From NCBI RefSeq assembly GCF_006345805.1, contig NC_043010.1:2294001-2358000 (forward strand): a DNA stretch of 64,000 bases, given 5' to 3'. The notes beneath the pieces are model-generated. The model was not told the DNA's origin. It did no database searches and was given only the letters and a program-made list of their open reading frames with translations. Source of the stretch: Octopus sinensis (Eukaryota). Of this stretch, positions 1-12,555 are shown piece by piece. Both the position numbers and the translations under genes were made by a program. How positions within the stretch are numbered: the stretch's first letter is position 1; each line of letters begins with the position of its first letter.

Positions 1-7
1 GAAGAAG

Positions 8-10
8 CTA

Positions 11-41
<31 letters not shown>

Positions 42-115
42 TTAATAATAATAAAAATACTAATAATAATGATGATAATGATGATGATGATGATGATTAT
101 AACAACAACAACCAT
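8..115. repeat. (AAT)n/(GAT)n compound microsatellite
   Basis: Directly visible trinucleotide runs. Confidence 0.95.
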
Positions 116-504
116 AAAAAATATATAAATACAAGCAGAAAACAATAATGCTCTTTTAACTTCTTTTCTAACTTTCTTCTCTTAAATAAGCACCAGGCAT
201 TCTTAGAAAGATGCAGAATTTATTCCAACTCTGAGTGATATGATAAAATATCTTCAACCTACACCCTCCTCCCACCGTTTTACAATCGAATAATTAACTC
301 AATTGAACACCGTTCTTCAGGTGCACAGAGTACAAAGCTTCCATGAACAAAAGCTCTCCCATTATCTATGAAAGAGGCAGGGAAAATTTTTGCTTGATGA
401 AATGGCACATAAAATGGCGAAGAGTTCTAAATTGCCACTATAAAAGCTGCTTAGATCATTTCCAGTAGGAATTATATATGTGCATGCTTGAGAGTTTATA
501 AGTG

Positions 505-584
505 TATGTATCTATGTGTTTGTGTGTGTTTATGTATATATATATATATACATGTATACATACATACATGCACATGAACACAAT

Positions 585-622
<38 letters not shown>

Positions 623-872
623 CCTATTTATCTACTAATCTATCTATCTATCTATCTATATATATGTATATGTATGTGTGAGTGTGAGTGTGCGTATGAG
701 TGTATGAATGTATGTATATATGTATATCTATATATGTATACACACAATCACTCATGTGTATATACATATATATATAATATATATATATGTATATATATAA
801 ATGCATATGTATATATATATGCATATACATATATATAGTTTCTAGTTTCTTTTTGTAACATATTTCTATTAT

Positions 873-956
<84 letters not shown>

Positions 957-965
957 CATACATAC
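505..965. repeat. (TG)n/(CA)n/(TA)n compound microsatellite
   Basis: Directly visible; source of the spurious YIYIYI ORFs. Confidence 0.95.
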
Positions 966-967
966 AC

Positions 968-1070
968 AGTTCTAGGTAAATTCCACCACAGAAAATTCCA
1001 CCAGTTAAATTTCACCATAGGTAAATTCCACTCCACCATGGTATATTCCACTTTGGTAAATTGCACCTGT
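968..1070. repeat. Array of short (GGT)AAATTCCACC-like subrepeats, possible MULE subterminal repeats
   Basis: About 6 degenerate copies (ggtaaattccacc, aaaattccacc, taaatttcacc, ggtaaattccactcc, ggtatattccac, ggtaaattgcacc) lying 3' of the minus-strand MULE transposase. Link to the MULE is inference. Confidence 0.5.
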
Positions 1071-1529
1071 GGACAAACTTCTAATATAAGCTGCTCAGGT
1101 TAATAATCACCATGGTCAGTTTCTTTAGACCATAGGGTGAATACCTATATCATTTAATCTGTCTGTCTCTCAAGTCTTAGGGGTGGAGAGAGAGAGTCTG
1201 AAGGTGAGATGTATAATAACATTTATAATCTACTTGAATCGAGATGGGATCACTTTAATGTACTCCCATCGAACAAGAATCTATGAAAAAGACTCATCAT
1301 AAAATTTCAAAAATAATATACTTTGGGATAAAGGAAGAAAAGATTAAATTTTACCACGCATTTTATTATAACAGTTGGATAAAAAATAACTGAGTACATT
1401 GTGAAGCAGAGTTAGGATAAAGAAGTTTAATTTATTTTTTAAGAAAATTCTTGAGACACATTATGTGCAATACTTCTTAAAAATTGCAGAGGATTTTCAT
1501 GTTGATATATATATAACTAGCTTCTTCCC

Positions 1530-2520
1530 TCATGCATCAATAATTTGATAGGCCTTTTTTTTGTTGTTGAGTCGCCACATCAACTGGGCAATTTTTGTCT
1601 GGCTTAATCCTTCCTCAGCTTTAAGGGCATTGCATAGTTTCCACAAATTTGGATGTATGGATGTTAGTGATGAGCGCAAAGCATTGTGGAATCCTTCTAA
1701 AGAATTATTTGATCTTGCCAAGTCTTTTAAGATGCAATCACATACATTCCAGAGTTGTGTAGGGAAATGTGTGGTTTCTCTTCACCAACGAGGACCATGC
1801 CCACTTACAATCCCAATGTATGTAATCTCAAAATAGGTGATAAACTCAGAAGGGATGTCTTCATCATCAGAAAAATCTTGAAATACATTGACAATGTCTT
1901 CAATTGGCAAAAGTACTAAAGCACAGAGCACTTAATTTTAAGCTGAAAACTTTCATCTGTGTTGCATCTCCTACTCTCAAAAAGTGCACATATCTTCTGC
2001 CGACAAGGCTGTCCAAGATTAAAAACACACCCAACTACTTCTGAATACAGAAAGATAGAAAGAAATGCATTATGGAGAGCTTTTTCAAAGTCCATGAGAC
2101 AGGTTACAGGTTGACAATTTGATCTTAAATCATGCACAGAAGACGATGATAAGAGGCTTCTTTGTGTCGGGAAGTAAGGTAAATGGTCTGGGCATACACG
2201 AACTTCCAGTGATGATATGTAGTGTCACTGACTCCACAAAGTAGGAGATACCTTGAAAGTTCCATCACAGGCCAAATTCTTAGTTCAAGCCCAGTCCAGA
2301 CATTCATGCCTCATTGCTCAGTCAGGACATCTGGCATGGAACGGTTACATTGGTCCAGGTAAGTCGTCCAACATAGACAATGAATCATTTCTAAAGGGGA
2401 GATGTCCCTGGAAACAGTTATTGTGCTCTCTGCCTTTTTCGAAAATTGTTAGTAATCTAAAAGAAATTAGTTCCTGTATTTGTGAGTTGACAACCAGCCA
2501 TGATCCTGTTCGTGTTTAGT
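1530..2520 (-). mobile_element. MULE (Mutator-like) DNA transposon, transposase pseudogene
   Basis: Minus-strand translation gives LACDGTFKVSPTLWSQ, CLMDFEKALHNAF, FITYFEITYIG, FPTQLWNV and ARSNNSLEGFHN...HPNLWKLCNALKAEE, all typical MULE transposase motifs; stops and frameshifts present. Confidence 0.88.
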
Positions 2521-2797
2521 TGGAAATTACCTCCTTGAAACAATATTAGTTTAAAACCAACATAATACCACTTCATTGATTTTATAACGTTAATTATCAG
2601 CACAATCATCCGGTTATTTATCTATATTGGACAAGAATATGTTTTATATATATCTTAATTACTACAATTCTGATTAGAATGAGTTTGATGATAACCTATT
2701 TGTTTGTATGTCTAATTGCAGAGATTGCTCAAAAGTAGAAGTTAATGTACAAAAGATTAAAGAGCCAAGAATTCTATTTTTAGAAATAATTATCCGC

Positions 2798-2835
2798 AGA
2801 GAGAGAGACAGAGACAGAGAGAGAGAGAGACAGAC

Positions 2836-2872
<37 letters not shown>

Positions 2873-2884
2873 GAGAGAAAGTGT

Positions 2885-2916
<32 letters not shown>
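2798..2916. repeat. (GA)n/(GACA)n microsatellite
   Basis: Directly visible. Confidence 0.95.
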
Positions 2917-2918
<2 letters not shown>

Positions 2919-3657
2919 TGTAACTCTACACAATATTTTGTTCTCTGAAATGTTCATTAAAAAAATAATGTAAAAATATATTCTAAAATTTGTGTGAAAT
3001 CTAGGAAAAAAGACTCAAAAGTAGCTGAAATATTCAACATGTCAGTTACATTGAAGATTTATGCAATCTTTATGTTTAATCAAATATTACATAACACACA
3101 GAAACAAAAAAATTAATTACTTGTAATTATGATGTGACGGTCTTTTATAGATGCTGTAAAGTAATTTTTATGTTTAAAACTCCAAGGTTTTAACAGGAAA
3201 ATGTGTTTCACTTGAAATGGCCAGATCTCTTTAGCTGTAAATGGCTCCCACAAGTTGAAGTGTATGTGTGTGTGTGTGTGTTGGGGTTAAAATCTAAAAA
3301 TGATGATTATGTCAATGAGGAGAAAAAAATCTGTTGTTTCAAGGAAGCTTTGTTTTGAGAGAGAGACAAAAATTTCTTTTGCTTCTTAAGCCTGTGTTCA
3401 TAAGTTTTTCATAAAAACCATGTCACAAGGTTAATCCTGTTACATCCATGCCACAAAGATTTTCTGTAAATATTTCAATTTTGTAATGCTGAAATAGTAT
3501 CTCTCTCCTACTGTAATTATTTATCAAGTTATTTTTAAAGCAATGGTCATATGGTATTACTGAATGTTGGAATGTTGGTATTATCACAAATACAAGACGC
3601 TAGAATGGGGAGGATCCAAAAGAGCTCTGGAGAAATGTTACTTGGCAGGATGTGTAG

Positions 3658-3961
3658 TGGAGGCACATGGCCTAGTGGTTAGAGAAGCGGACTCGAGGTC
3701 GAGGGATCGCGGGTTCGAATCTCAGACTGGGCGATGTGTGTGTTTATGAGCGAAAAAACCTAAGCTCCACGCGGTCCGGCAGAAGGTAATGGCGAACTTC
3801 TGCTGACTCTTTCACCACAACTTTCTTTCACTCTTTCCTCCTGCATCTTGCAGTTCACCTGCGATGGACTGGTGTCCCATCCAGGTGGGGAACCTATACA
3901 CCAAGAAACCGAGAAACCGGCCCCTATGAGCCAGACATGGCTCGAGAAGGAACAAACAAAA
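3658..3961 (+). mobile_element. tRNA-headed SINE with 12-bp target-site duplication
   Basis: A-box TGGCCTAGTGG, B-box GGTTCGAATC, A-rich AACAAACAAA tail; CAGGATGTGTAG at both 3646-3657 and 3962-3973. Confidence 0.9.
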
Positions 3962-3984
3962 CAGGATGTGTAGCTAAGATATCA

Positions 3985-4290
3985 TGGAGTTTCCCCAGGT
4001 CAAGTGGCTGCTTCTCAGCATTGAGAGGTACTACAGACATGTAGTTAGATTGTTGCACGAAAGGCTCACAAGATAAATTTTGCAAGCTGAGTCAACCAAC
4101 AGGAAACCTAGGAGTAGACTAAGAATGAGATTGTTAGATAATATCCAAAGCTTCAGTTGGTCACCTCTTGGGAAGCCAGCTGCAAAGTGTGATGATGGCT
4201 GTGCCTGATAGATTTCTGTTGAGGAGATGCCTGGAGATTCTACACCACACAATTCTCCCAGGAATAGTGGGTGGAGAAAATGGAAGTGTT
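3985..4290 (+). mobile_element. RTE-clade LINE 3' fragment (decayed)
   Basis: Translates as LLLSIERYYRHVVRLLHERLTR*ILQAESTNRKPRSRLRMRLLDNI; 3' end resembles the copy at 47270-47610. Confidence 0.75.
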
Positions 4291-5526
4291 TAAAACACAA
4301 GCTTCGGAAAAAGTTTCAAAATAATTAACCTCGTATTTTTTTTTTTTATCAAGAACCTAAGGTGATCATTTCACAGATTAAGCCTGACAGCTCACACTCA
4401 TCTCATTTCACTTAAACAAACACAAGTTCTCAACGATCCTGACTCTGATATTTCACTATGACAAAACCATACCCTTCTTGCGTGCAAATTACAGAACTCA
4501 CATCTTATGGAGAGGAATGATAATTTAAGAATTGGCAGATTTTTTTCCTTTTACGGAACTTCTAATCTTTATCAAGATTCATGAAGTCCCTCATTATATG
4601 ATAAGTTCCTATTCATTTCAAAACGAAAAGATTTTTCATATGCAAAATTAGAGAAAAATTCTTTTTTCTTTTTATCATGTAGTTTTTTTCTCTCTTGATA
4701 AACCTAAAAGCCATTTTCTTTGATTTTTATCAGAATCAGAATATCTGACATCTTTGTGGAAGAACATTTTGCCATTAGTAACTTATATCAACCATTAATG
4801 TTCTTTTTTTTTTAATTCTCAAAATGCTTAACTATTATTTACTTCTTAAGCTTATTTATTCATTTATCTATTTCATTTTATTTTTTTTCCTTTCTCTTTT
4901 ATCCCATTCCTTGCATTTCTTGAAATGCTTCAGCAAACTAGTTTCAAACACAAATGTCTTTAACTACTGTGTTAGTGCTTGTCGGTAAGGTAGGATGTCT
5001 TTAAGTAGGAACAAACATTATTTAGTTCTATTTTATACTGGTAGTGACAATTTAATGTGAACACTACCTGTTCCATTACCCAATGAACATTTTACAGGAA
5101 TTTCAAAATTCCTTCATATTTTCTTTCCAAAGAAGTATTTGACTTTTTCCTTATTTTTCTTTTTTTTTTTTTGTTTTCGTCTTGCATTGGTTTCTATGGC
5201 AGTAACAAACACTGCCTTCATTATTTACACAATAAAAGCTGTTAAGTGCAATATTTTCTGGCATATATATTACAAAACCTGAAGTTCAAACATATATAAA
5301 TATATAACAATAAGATTTGTTTGTTTGGATAATAAATGGGCGCTACACATGTATGTTTAGAGATGCATGTTTGGTCTGTGTTGGAATATGCGGAAATGTG
5401 CACATTCAAACATGAATAGAAAATTGCATGATTTTCTATAGAGACATGTATCCCTGTGTAAGCATATGTATATGGGTGTATGTATGCAAACAAACATTAA
5501 GAAACATGAGAGAGAGAGAGACAGAG

Positions 5527-5539
5527 AGATCAATAGGTA

Positions 5540-5579
<40 letters not shown>

Positions 5580-5592
5580 TACCTATTGATCT
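5527..5592. repeat. Perfect 66-bp palindrome centred on (AT)17
   Basis: AGATCAATAGGTATGC-(AT)17-GCATACCTATTGATCT. Confidence 0.95.
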
Positions 5593-7589
5593 ACATATAA
5601 ATATGTATGTGCATATATTTACTCACTATTATAATTTCTCTTAGAAGTATATTATCAAGAAAGTGAACTAAACAACACAGATGTGAGATATTTTGGCAAA
5701 ACAGAAATACTTTCAGAAATGAAGGTCAGCTTTTTAATTTAAATAAATTAACAATGCTAATGGCTGAAAAAAAACTGCTCATCTTGGCACTGATATATTT
5801 CTTCTCAACAAAATATTTCTACATTATAAGATCTTATAGTTTATTTGAAGCCTTTTTTATTCCAGTATAGAAACAAGGGGGATGATAAAAGCCACATAAA
5901 AATACAAAATTATTGAAAACTAAATTTATTCAAGGTATACCAGTGTGTATATTCTTTCAGGGATCAGGGTTCTGGATTGTAAACAGGTAGTTTTGGAGAG
6001 AAGATCCCGAGGGGAAGGTTGAATATATTCAACTCTTCTCTCCATGTTTCAGATCTAATCACATTAGTGACAAGAGAATAAGGAGCGGAAGAAAGAAATT
6101 CATTTCTCTCTGCTCTTTCTCTAATATACATCTTAGCTTTGGGGATAAAAGTGATGTGTAAAACAAGATCAAAGATAAAAAAATATATAAGGAAATCTCA
6201 AAGTCAGATATAACATTACAGAGATGTTTGAGAAAGAAATGAGCAATATCTGAGTACACAAAAATGGTGAAGAAATTCTTCAAAGCTAAGCAGAATCGTA
6301 TGAGACACAACGAAGCAAATTCACTGTCGATGATACAGAATAACCAGAGCCCAATATGAAATGCCTACTAAGCAAAATAAACAGTGTGGTTATTATCAAA
6401 TATAAAATGATACATCTTTAGTTTTTTTTTTTTTTTAAGAAATCAGACCTGTAGAGGCTAAATAACCCCAAAATACAATGGAAGCTAAATAAGCAAAAAA
6501 TACTATGGAGGCTAAATGTGCAAGGAAAAACTGTTATGGAAGCTGAATATGTAAAAATAAAGAAGGAAAAAGTGAATGAGTTTGAGAGAGAGAAAAAATT
6601 ATAAGCTCCCCTGACATTAGCCAAATTGTAACTGAGCAGAACTACATTGACATGGAACAATTATTACCAATTCTATATGCAACAACCCATCATGCTGAAA
6701 ACCTAACAGAACCTAGGAAAAAAATAAAGATACTATAATCCTTATGATGAAATAATGTAAAACCCTAAGCATAACATAAAATATGAGAAAATGAAATTTA
6801 TATCAATTCATGATAAACCACAAAAAAAGGATACAGATTAGTAATAAAATAAAATAAAGAAAGAAAACAAAGTACAAGGAACTCAAACGGATAACTAGAT
6901 AACAACATATTTAATGTAATAGCTATGAAACATATGAAATAAATATAAACCGATTTACTGATGGATTTATACAAATTGTCTAATTTAGAAAAGAGCCAAA
7001 TACCAAAGAGGGAACTGGTTGGGGAATTCAATGAAAGTCAAGTAAGAAATGCAAGCAATAGAACGAACCATGGGAAAATCACAATATATATGTTGGGGAA
7101 TGTGGTGGGGGAGTGAATGAGGGGACAGGTGGGTGTGGGGGAAGAATGGGTGGATTGAGTGGGTGTGTCAGTGAGGGGAGTGGGGGAGTGATAGGTGGGT
7201 GAGAGGGAAGGCGAGTGGGTGGATGAGTGAGTGTTGAGAGCAGAGGCCACGGGTGCATGAGTGAGTGTATGTGTTTGGGGTTGGGGTAGAATAGATGAGT
7301 AACTTGAATGAGTGAGAGAGAGGGGGTGAGAGTGTGTGTGTGTGTGTGTGTGTGTGTATGTTATGCAACATTGAAAGAAACATATGACTTCTTTTTTTTT
7401 GTCCATCTTTCTATGAAAGTGCAAGTGGTTGTTGATGGCTTACCTCAACAAGATATGCTTCATTACGTGGATTATCCATCTATGGAGGATAATGTGGTTT
7501 TGCTGATTAAGAAAATCAACTGCAGAAAGATACCGGGAATAGATGATGTCATTGTCGTCATTGTCATCATCATCATAATCATCATCAAA

Positions 7590-7852
7590 CCCTGGACATT
7601 ATTGTCTCAAGTCTTAGGAACTTTAGGGCCAGTTGCTCAGTTTCCATGGATTTCAAGTGACCGAGATCGCAACACTTCACTTGAATGGGACATCAGTTTG
7701 TTGCAAGGTTACCCATTTACAGGTCAGCAAACTGGAGTAACCTGAACTGAAGTGTTGTACTCAAAAACATGATGCACCACCCAGTCCAAGAATTGAAACC
7801 ACTATCTTATGATTTTGAGTGTAACACCCTAACCACTAGGCCATGTGCCTTC
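7590..7852 (-). mobile_element. tRNA-headed SINE, older relative of the 3658 and 32177 copies
   Basis: Reverse complement starts GAAGGCACATGGCCTAGTGGTTAGGGTG and has a decayed shared 3' domain. Confidence 0.7.
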
Positions 7853-8343
7853 ACTCATTAAATGATAGAACTGTTGGAAATTGCGCATGAAAGGTTTCAT
7901 GCACAAAATGCCAAATGGCTGGGAAGGCGCTCACAAACCACAAGACTGGAATGATGCAACTCTTGAGGTTTAAAAGCAAATTTCTATGTGCTTATTCTCA
8001 TGGTATTATTTGACCAGGTTTTATGTAGACTATTATCTTTTATCCTTTACCTGTTTCACTCATGAAGACAGCAGCCATGCTGGAGCATCACCTTGCAGAA
8101 TTTCTAGTTGAATGAATTGACCTCAGTATTTTTCTTTTTAAACCCTATTCTATTGGTCTCTTTTACTGAACCACTAAGTTGCAGGGATGTAAACAAACCA
8201 ACATCAGTTGTCAAGCAGTGGTAAGGACAAACACACATGCACACACATGCACACTCACACACACACACATATATGTGCTCATGACTTAGTGTTTGCTTCT
8301 TCCATGGGTATAAGTAAGTATTTCATTTATTTCTTACCATATT

Positions 8344-8397
8344 TATCGTTGACGAGGAGAAAATTCTTATGAATTAACTCTGAAATTGGGACCGATA
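8344..8397 (+). ncRNA. Decayed type I hammerhead-ribozyme-like motif
   Basis: TATCG-TTGACGA-[GGAG..AATTC TTAT GAATT..CTCT]-GAAA-TTGG-GAC-CGATA; stems I and II pair, but the core has C3->U and the cleavage triplet is GAC. Confidence 0.45.
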
Positions 8398-8543
8398 TGA
8401 TAATAACGAAATATTTTAGAAATTTCTGTCGGCTTACTTCGAGACGCATGCTTATAGTGATAAATTATGCCGTTATTGACGATTTGTCTATTTTCGGCAT
8501 ATTTGGCATTAGAAATTTTTCTTTTGCCCTCGTTTATAAGTTG

Positions 8544-8577
<34 letters not shown>

Positions 8578-8629
8578 GTTGAAAAAAGATTAGAGATCTA
8601 TACAAATCAAACTTTTATATATAAAAGAT

Positions 8630-9030
8630 GGAAGTGGAAGTAGCAGAGAAGTAAATCTAAGACATTTCAATTTAAGAAGGAATTTAATAAAATGATTTTA
8701 AAATTACACAAAGAAAATATTACTGGTTTTGGTGATGAATCTCATCTTATCAAATATCAGTAAAAATTTATAAAAATTTGAAGTAACAAATTTATCTTCT
8801 GTCTGGGGGTCAAAAACAGTTTATATTCTGCCTGGGGGTCAAAATCAGTTTATCTTTTGTTTGGGGATATTTTCACCTCAAATTTTTATAAATTTTTACT
8901 GATATTTGATAAGATAAGATTCGTCATCGAAACCAGTAATATTGTCTTTATATCATTTTGAAATCCTTTTATTAAATTCCTTCTTAAATTGAAATGTCTT
9001 AGATTTACTTCTGCACTATTTCCACCTACA
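8630..9030. mobile_element. Fold-back (head-to-head) repeat with ~170-bp inverted arms, possibly Penelope-LTR derived
   Basis: AGAAGTAAATCTAAGACATTTCAATTTAAGAAGGAATTTAATAAAA (from ~8647) is mirrored to ~9012; the centre holds ~29-bp direct repeats; each arm carries a hammerhead-like motif. Confidence 0.7.
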
Positions 9031-9872
9031 TTATATATATATTATATTAAATTAGAGATAAAACCACTATTAGGCAAATCAAACAGTGAAAAACATAAGC
9101 CAATACATAAAATTAATTTAAAAATATAAAAGTTAAAAATAATATATATATATATACATACATACATAACAAGCTTCTTTCAGTTGCCGTCCATCAAATC
9201 CACTCTCAAGGCTTTGGTCAGCCTGAAGATACAAGTATCGTAGAAGATACTTGCCCAAGATACCACGCAGTAAGACTGAACCCAGAACCATGTGGTTGGG
9301 AAGCAAACTTCTCACCACACAGGGGTTAATGAACTATACCTACTCCTCAATGCTGCCCAAAATATAATCTGGTTTTAGATTAAGCAGGGTTACTTTAGAC
9401 ATGACTCTCCTGGGGAGGCATCATCATCCTCATCAGCATCATTTTATGATGGCTTTCTATGTTGGCATGGATTGTATAGTCCAACAGAATGCAACAAGTC
9501 AGAAGAGCAAGTCTTGCTTGAAAGTCTCAATCATTACAGGGTTTCTATTGCTGGATAACTTTCCTAAGATCAACCACTTCATGCATGATCAAAAGTTTTG
9601 TGTTTATTTCACCATGGGCCAGACATATATATGTTTAAAGCTATATTTAAAGGTTGGATGTATTTTTTATCACTAACCCTAATCAGTTTCTCAAGTAAGG
9701 GATATCTTAATTCATTAGACTACAGAGCTACAGGGAATATCAACAATATCACTGTTTTAAGCCCAGTTAGTCTCATGTATTAATTTAGAAATGTCAAACT
9801 TTATAGATCCACATACATAAATAAATGTATGCACACACACTTGCATACATACACATACACACACATATAACC

Positions 9873-10130
9873 AAGGACAATGGAGTGAGCAAGTCCATTT
9901 ATTTCATTGATTTACAATTGTTTCATCAAGCGTCAATCTCATGAGCATTGCCACATTACACAATATATGCAATCATGCATGATATTAGATGCAAATAAAC
10001 ACTATGCATGACACTTCATGTATCAACGGTCACATATATTGTGGCAAAATAATTTAGTAATGCTCATGAGCACTACGTTTGATGAAACAATTGTAAATCA
10101 ATAAAAGAACTTGCTCGTTCCATTCTCCTT
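9873..10130. mobile_element. MITE-like element with ~75-bp terminal inverted repeats
   Basis: AAGGACAATGGAGTGAGCAAGT...ATTGATTTACAATTGTTTCATCAAGCGT is mirrored by ACGTTTGATGAAACAATTGTAAATCAAT...ACTTGCTCGTTCCATTCTCCTT. Confidence 0.75.
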
Positions 10131-11048
10131 CATTATGACTGTAGAAACACTGCAGATATTTGTGAATTTTTCAAGCAAGTGTTCGAATATAACAAGCAAT
10201 CTTCAGATTACTATCTGTCTGATGGCCTAGACTCATGGAAGAACTTAATCAGGTAAACACCAGGGTTAACACTTGGATAAAATTATATAGTTCTGTAATT
10301 GGTATAATGAGCAACAAAAGTACTCTGTCATTTAATAAACACAGGATTTCAATGAGAGCTGTTTGGAGCCTGAATGATAGCCTGATAATAATACATGGCA
10401 TATTTGACTATGGTATCAATCAGAGGCATCAAATTTATAGCAGTTTACATTTAAATCTTGTGTGTACATTAAATTATATATGTAATGGGCTTCCATACAG
10501 CAGTTTTTAATAATCTAATTTCATTTACAAGGCATTGGTCAACTTGAGTGTATGGTAGAAGATATGTGTCCAAGCTGGATTGCAGCAAAACAGACCATAG
10601 AAGTGGATAAGTTTTGAAGCAAACTCATATATATATAGCCATATATGTTCCTACATATCATAGATATTATATATAAATAAATATAGTACATAAATATTAT
10701 AAGAATGCATGCCTCGGTGAATGAAACATAGATGTCTACTATCATATTGAACACATTCATGTATGCTTGAATGTGGGAAGATCTTTTGTTGCAGAACTAG
10801 CCTCAGAGGATGGCACAATGGGCGATCCAACACCTTTCTGGGTTACAAATAACTTCATCAGACTGTAGGATGCATGTATTTCTCTGTTGTTGCACTTTGT
10901 CAGTTAAGGACATTGAATCAGTCTTTGATTGTTCTCTGAGAATGGTTGTCCATATAAATAAAGACAGCAAGTGGTACGTTTACTGATGTGTACACAGTTT
11001 GATCAACCTGCAATTAAATAGAGGTGTATGCATATGTATGTGTCTGCA

Positions 11049-11106
<58 letters not shown>

Positions 11107-11605
11107 TAGATATGTACAGATACGTATATATATATATATATTCACACACACACACATATATACATAAATGTGTGCGTGCATTTGTGTGTGTGTGTGTAGA
11201 TGTGTGAACATGCATGTGTGTTTCTTCTTTTTTCTATTTGTATTTTCTTCAAAAAGTTACTTTGCTGGAAGTCAGGACATCGTTGTCATTTCCTAGCCAA
11301 TAATTTGTTAGCTGCCATCTGCTTTCAAAGATATATGGAATAAAAAAATTTCTGCCTTGAAAACAAGTAAGATTTGCTTAGGAAAGGCATCTGACTGTAA
11401 GTTAAAGCCTCACAAATATAGCCTTCTAACACATGCTAGCATGGAAAAACGAAATCAAATATACACCATGTGTGTGTGTATGTATCTATGTATGTATGTA
11501 TATATATATATATTATGCAAACACAAACAGGTACGGACATACACACATACATGCTATAGATAACAGGATTGCTTAAAACTGGCATAAAGCGTATAATATG
11601 AATAC

Positions 11606-11664
<59 letters not shown>

Positions 11665-11757
11665 GAGAAAGAGAGAGAGAAAGACTGAGAGAGACCCCAC
11701 ATTTATACATATATATTTGTGCATGTGTACATATGTGTGTGAATGTATACACACACT

Positions 11758-11812
<55 letters not shown>

Positions 11813-12373
11813 GCACATATATATAAATATATTTGTGAGTGTGTGTGCATGTGTACATACATATAAAGATATGTAAATGGAAAAAAAAATGAAATGAAAG
11901 AAGAGATGCAAATTAGAGAAAAATGAAACAAAAAACTGATCCAATAACGGAAAGAAAACAAAATCTTGAGAATTATCAAAAAAAATCAAAAAAAGAGATT
12001 GCAAAGAAGAAATAACGACAGAGAATTTCCCAAAATAAGATTTAGAGAATTAAAACAAAAAGAATTGCTGCAAAACATGAATATTTAGAAAAAAAAGAAA
12101 GAAAAGAGGAAAAAATCTGTTCAAAGAAAAATATTATTACAAAATAGCAGAATAAAAGTAATTAAAGAGAACATTTTATTTTATTTCATATTCCATTAAA
12201 AAAGATAATGTCTTGGTGAAAATGAATGTAATGGCAGGGTGACATGATAAGCAAAACCAAGAGGAAATTAAACGACAGCTGTTGTGGATGAAATCTAGAA
12301 ATTCATGACATTATGATCTATGGATTTTGCATCAAGTCTACTACCAACAAGGAGGTCTCTATGCAGTCGTTCA

Positions 12374-12520
12374 GCATAGGAGTGGCTGTGTGGTAAGTAG
12401 CTTGCTTACCAACCACTTGGTTCCATGTTCAGTCCCACTGCGTGGCACCTTGGGCAAGTGTCTTCTACAATAGCCTCGGGTCGACCAAAGCGATGTGAGT
12501 GGATTTGGTAGACGTATATA

Positions 12521-12555
<35 letters not shown>

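Noticed and set aside
3658-3735. tRNA gene (also the heads at 12374, 32350-32423 and 63070)
   Set aside because: A/B boxes are present, but there is no complete cloverleaf and each continues into a SINE body.
5940-7030. A-rich LINE-like or terminal-exon region
   Set aside because: Stops in all frames and no diagnostic motif.
7413-7550. LINE ORF2 fragment (LLIKKINCRKIPGIDD)
   Set aside because: Resembles the pre-RT K..G.D motif but is too short and isolated to call.
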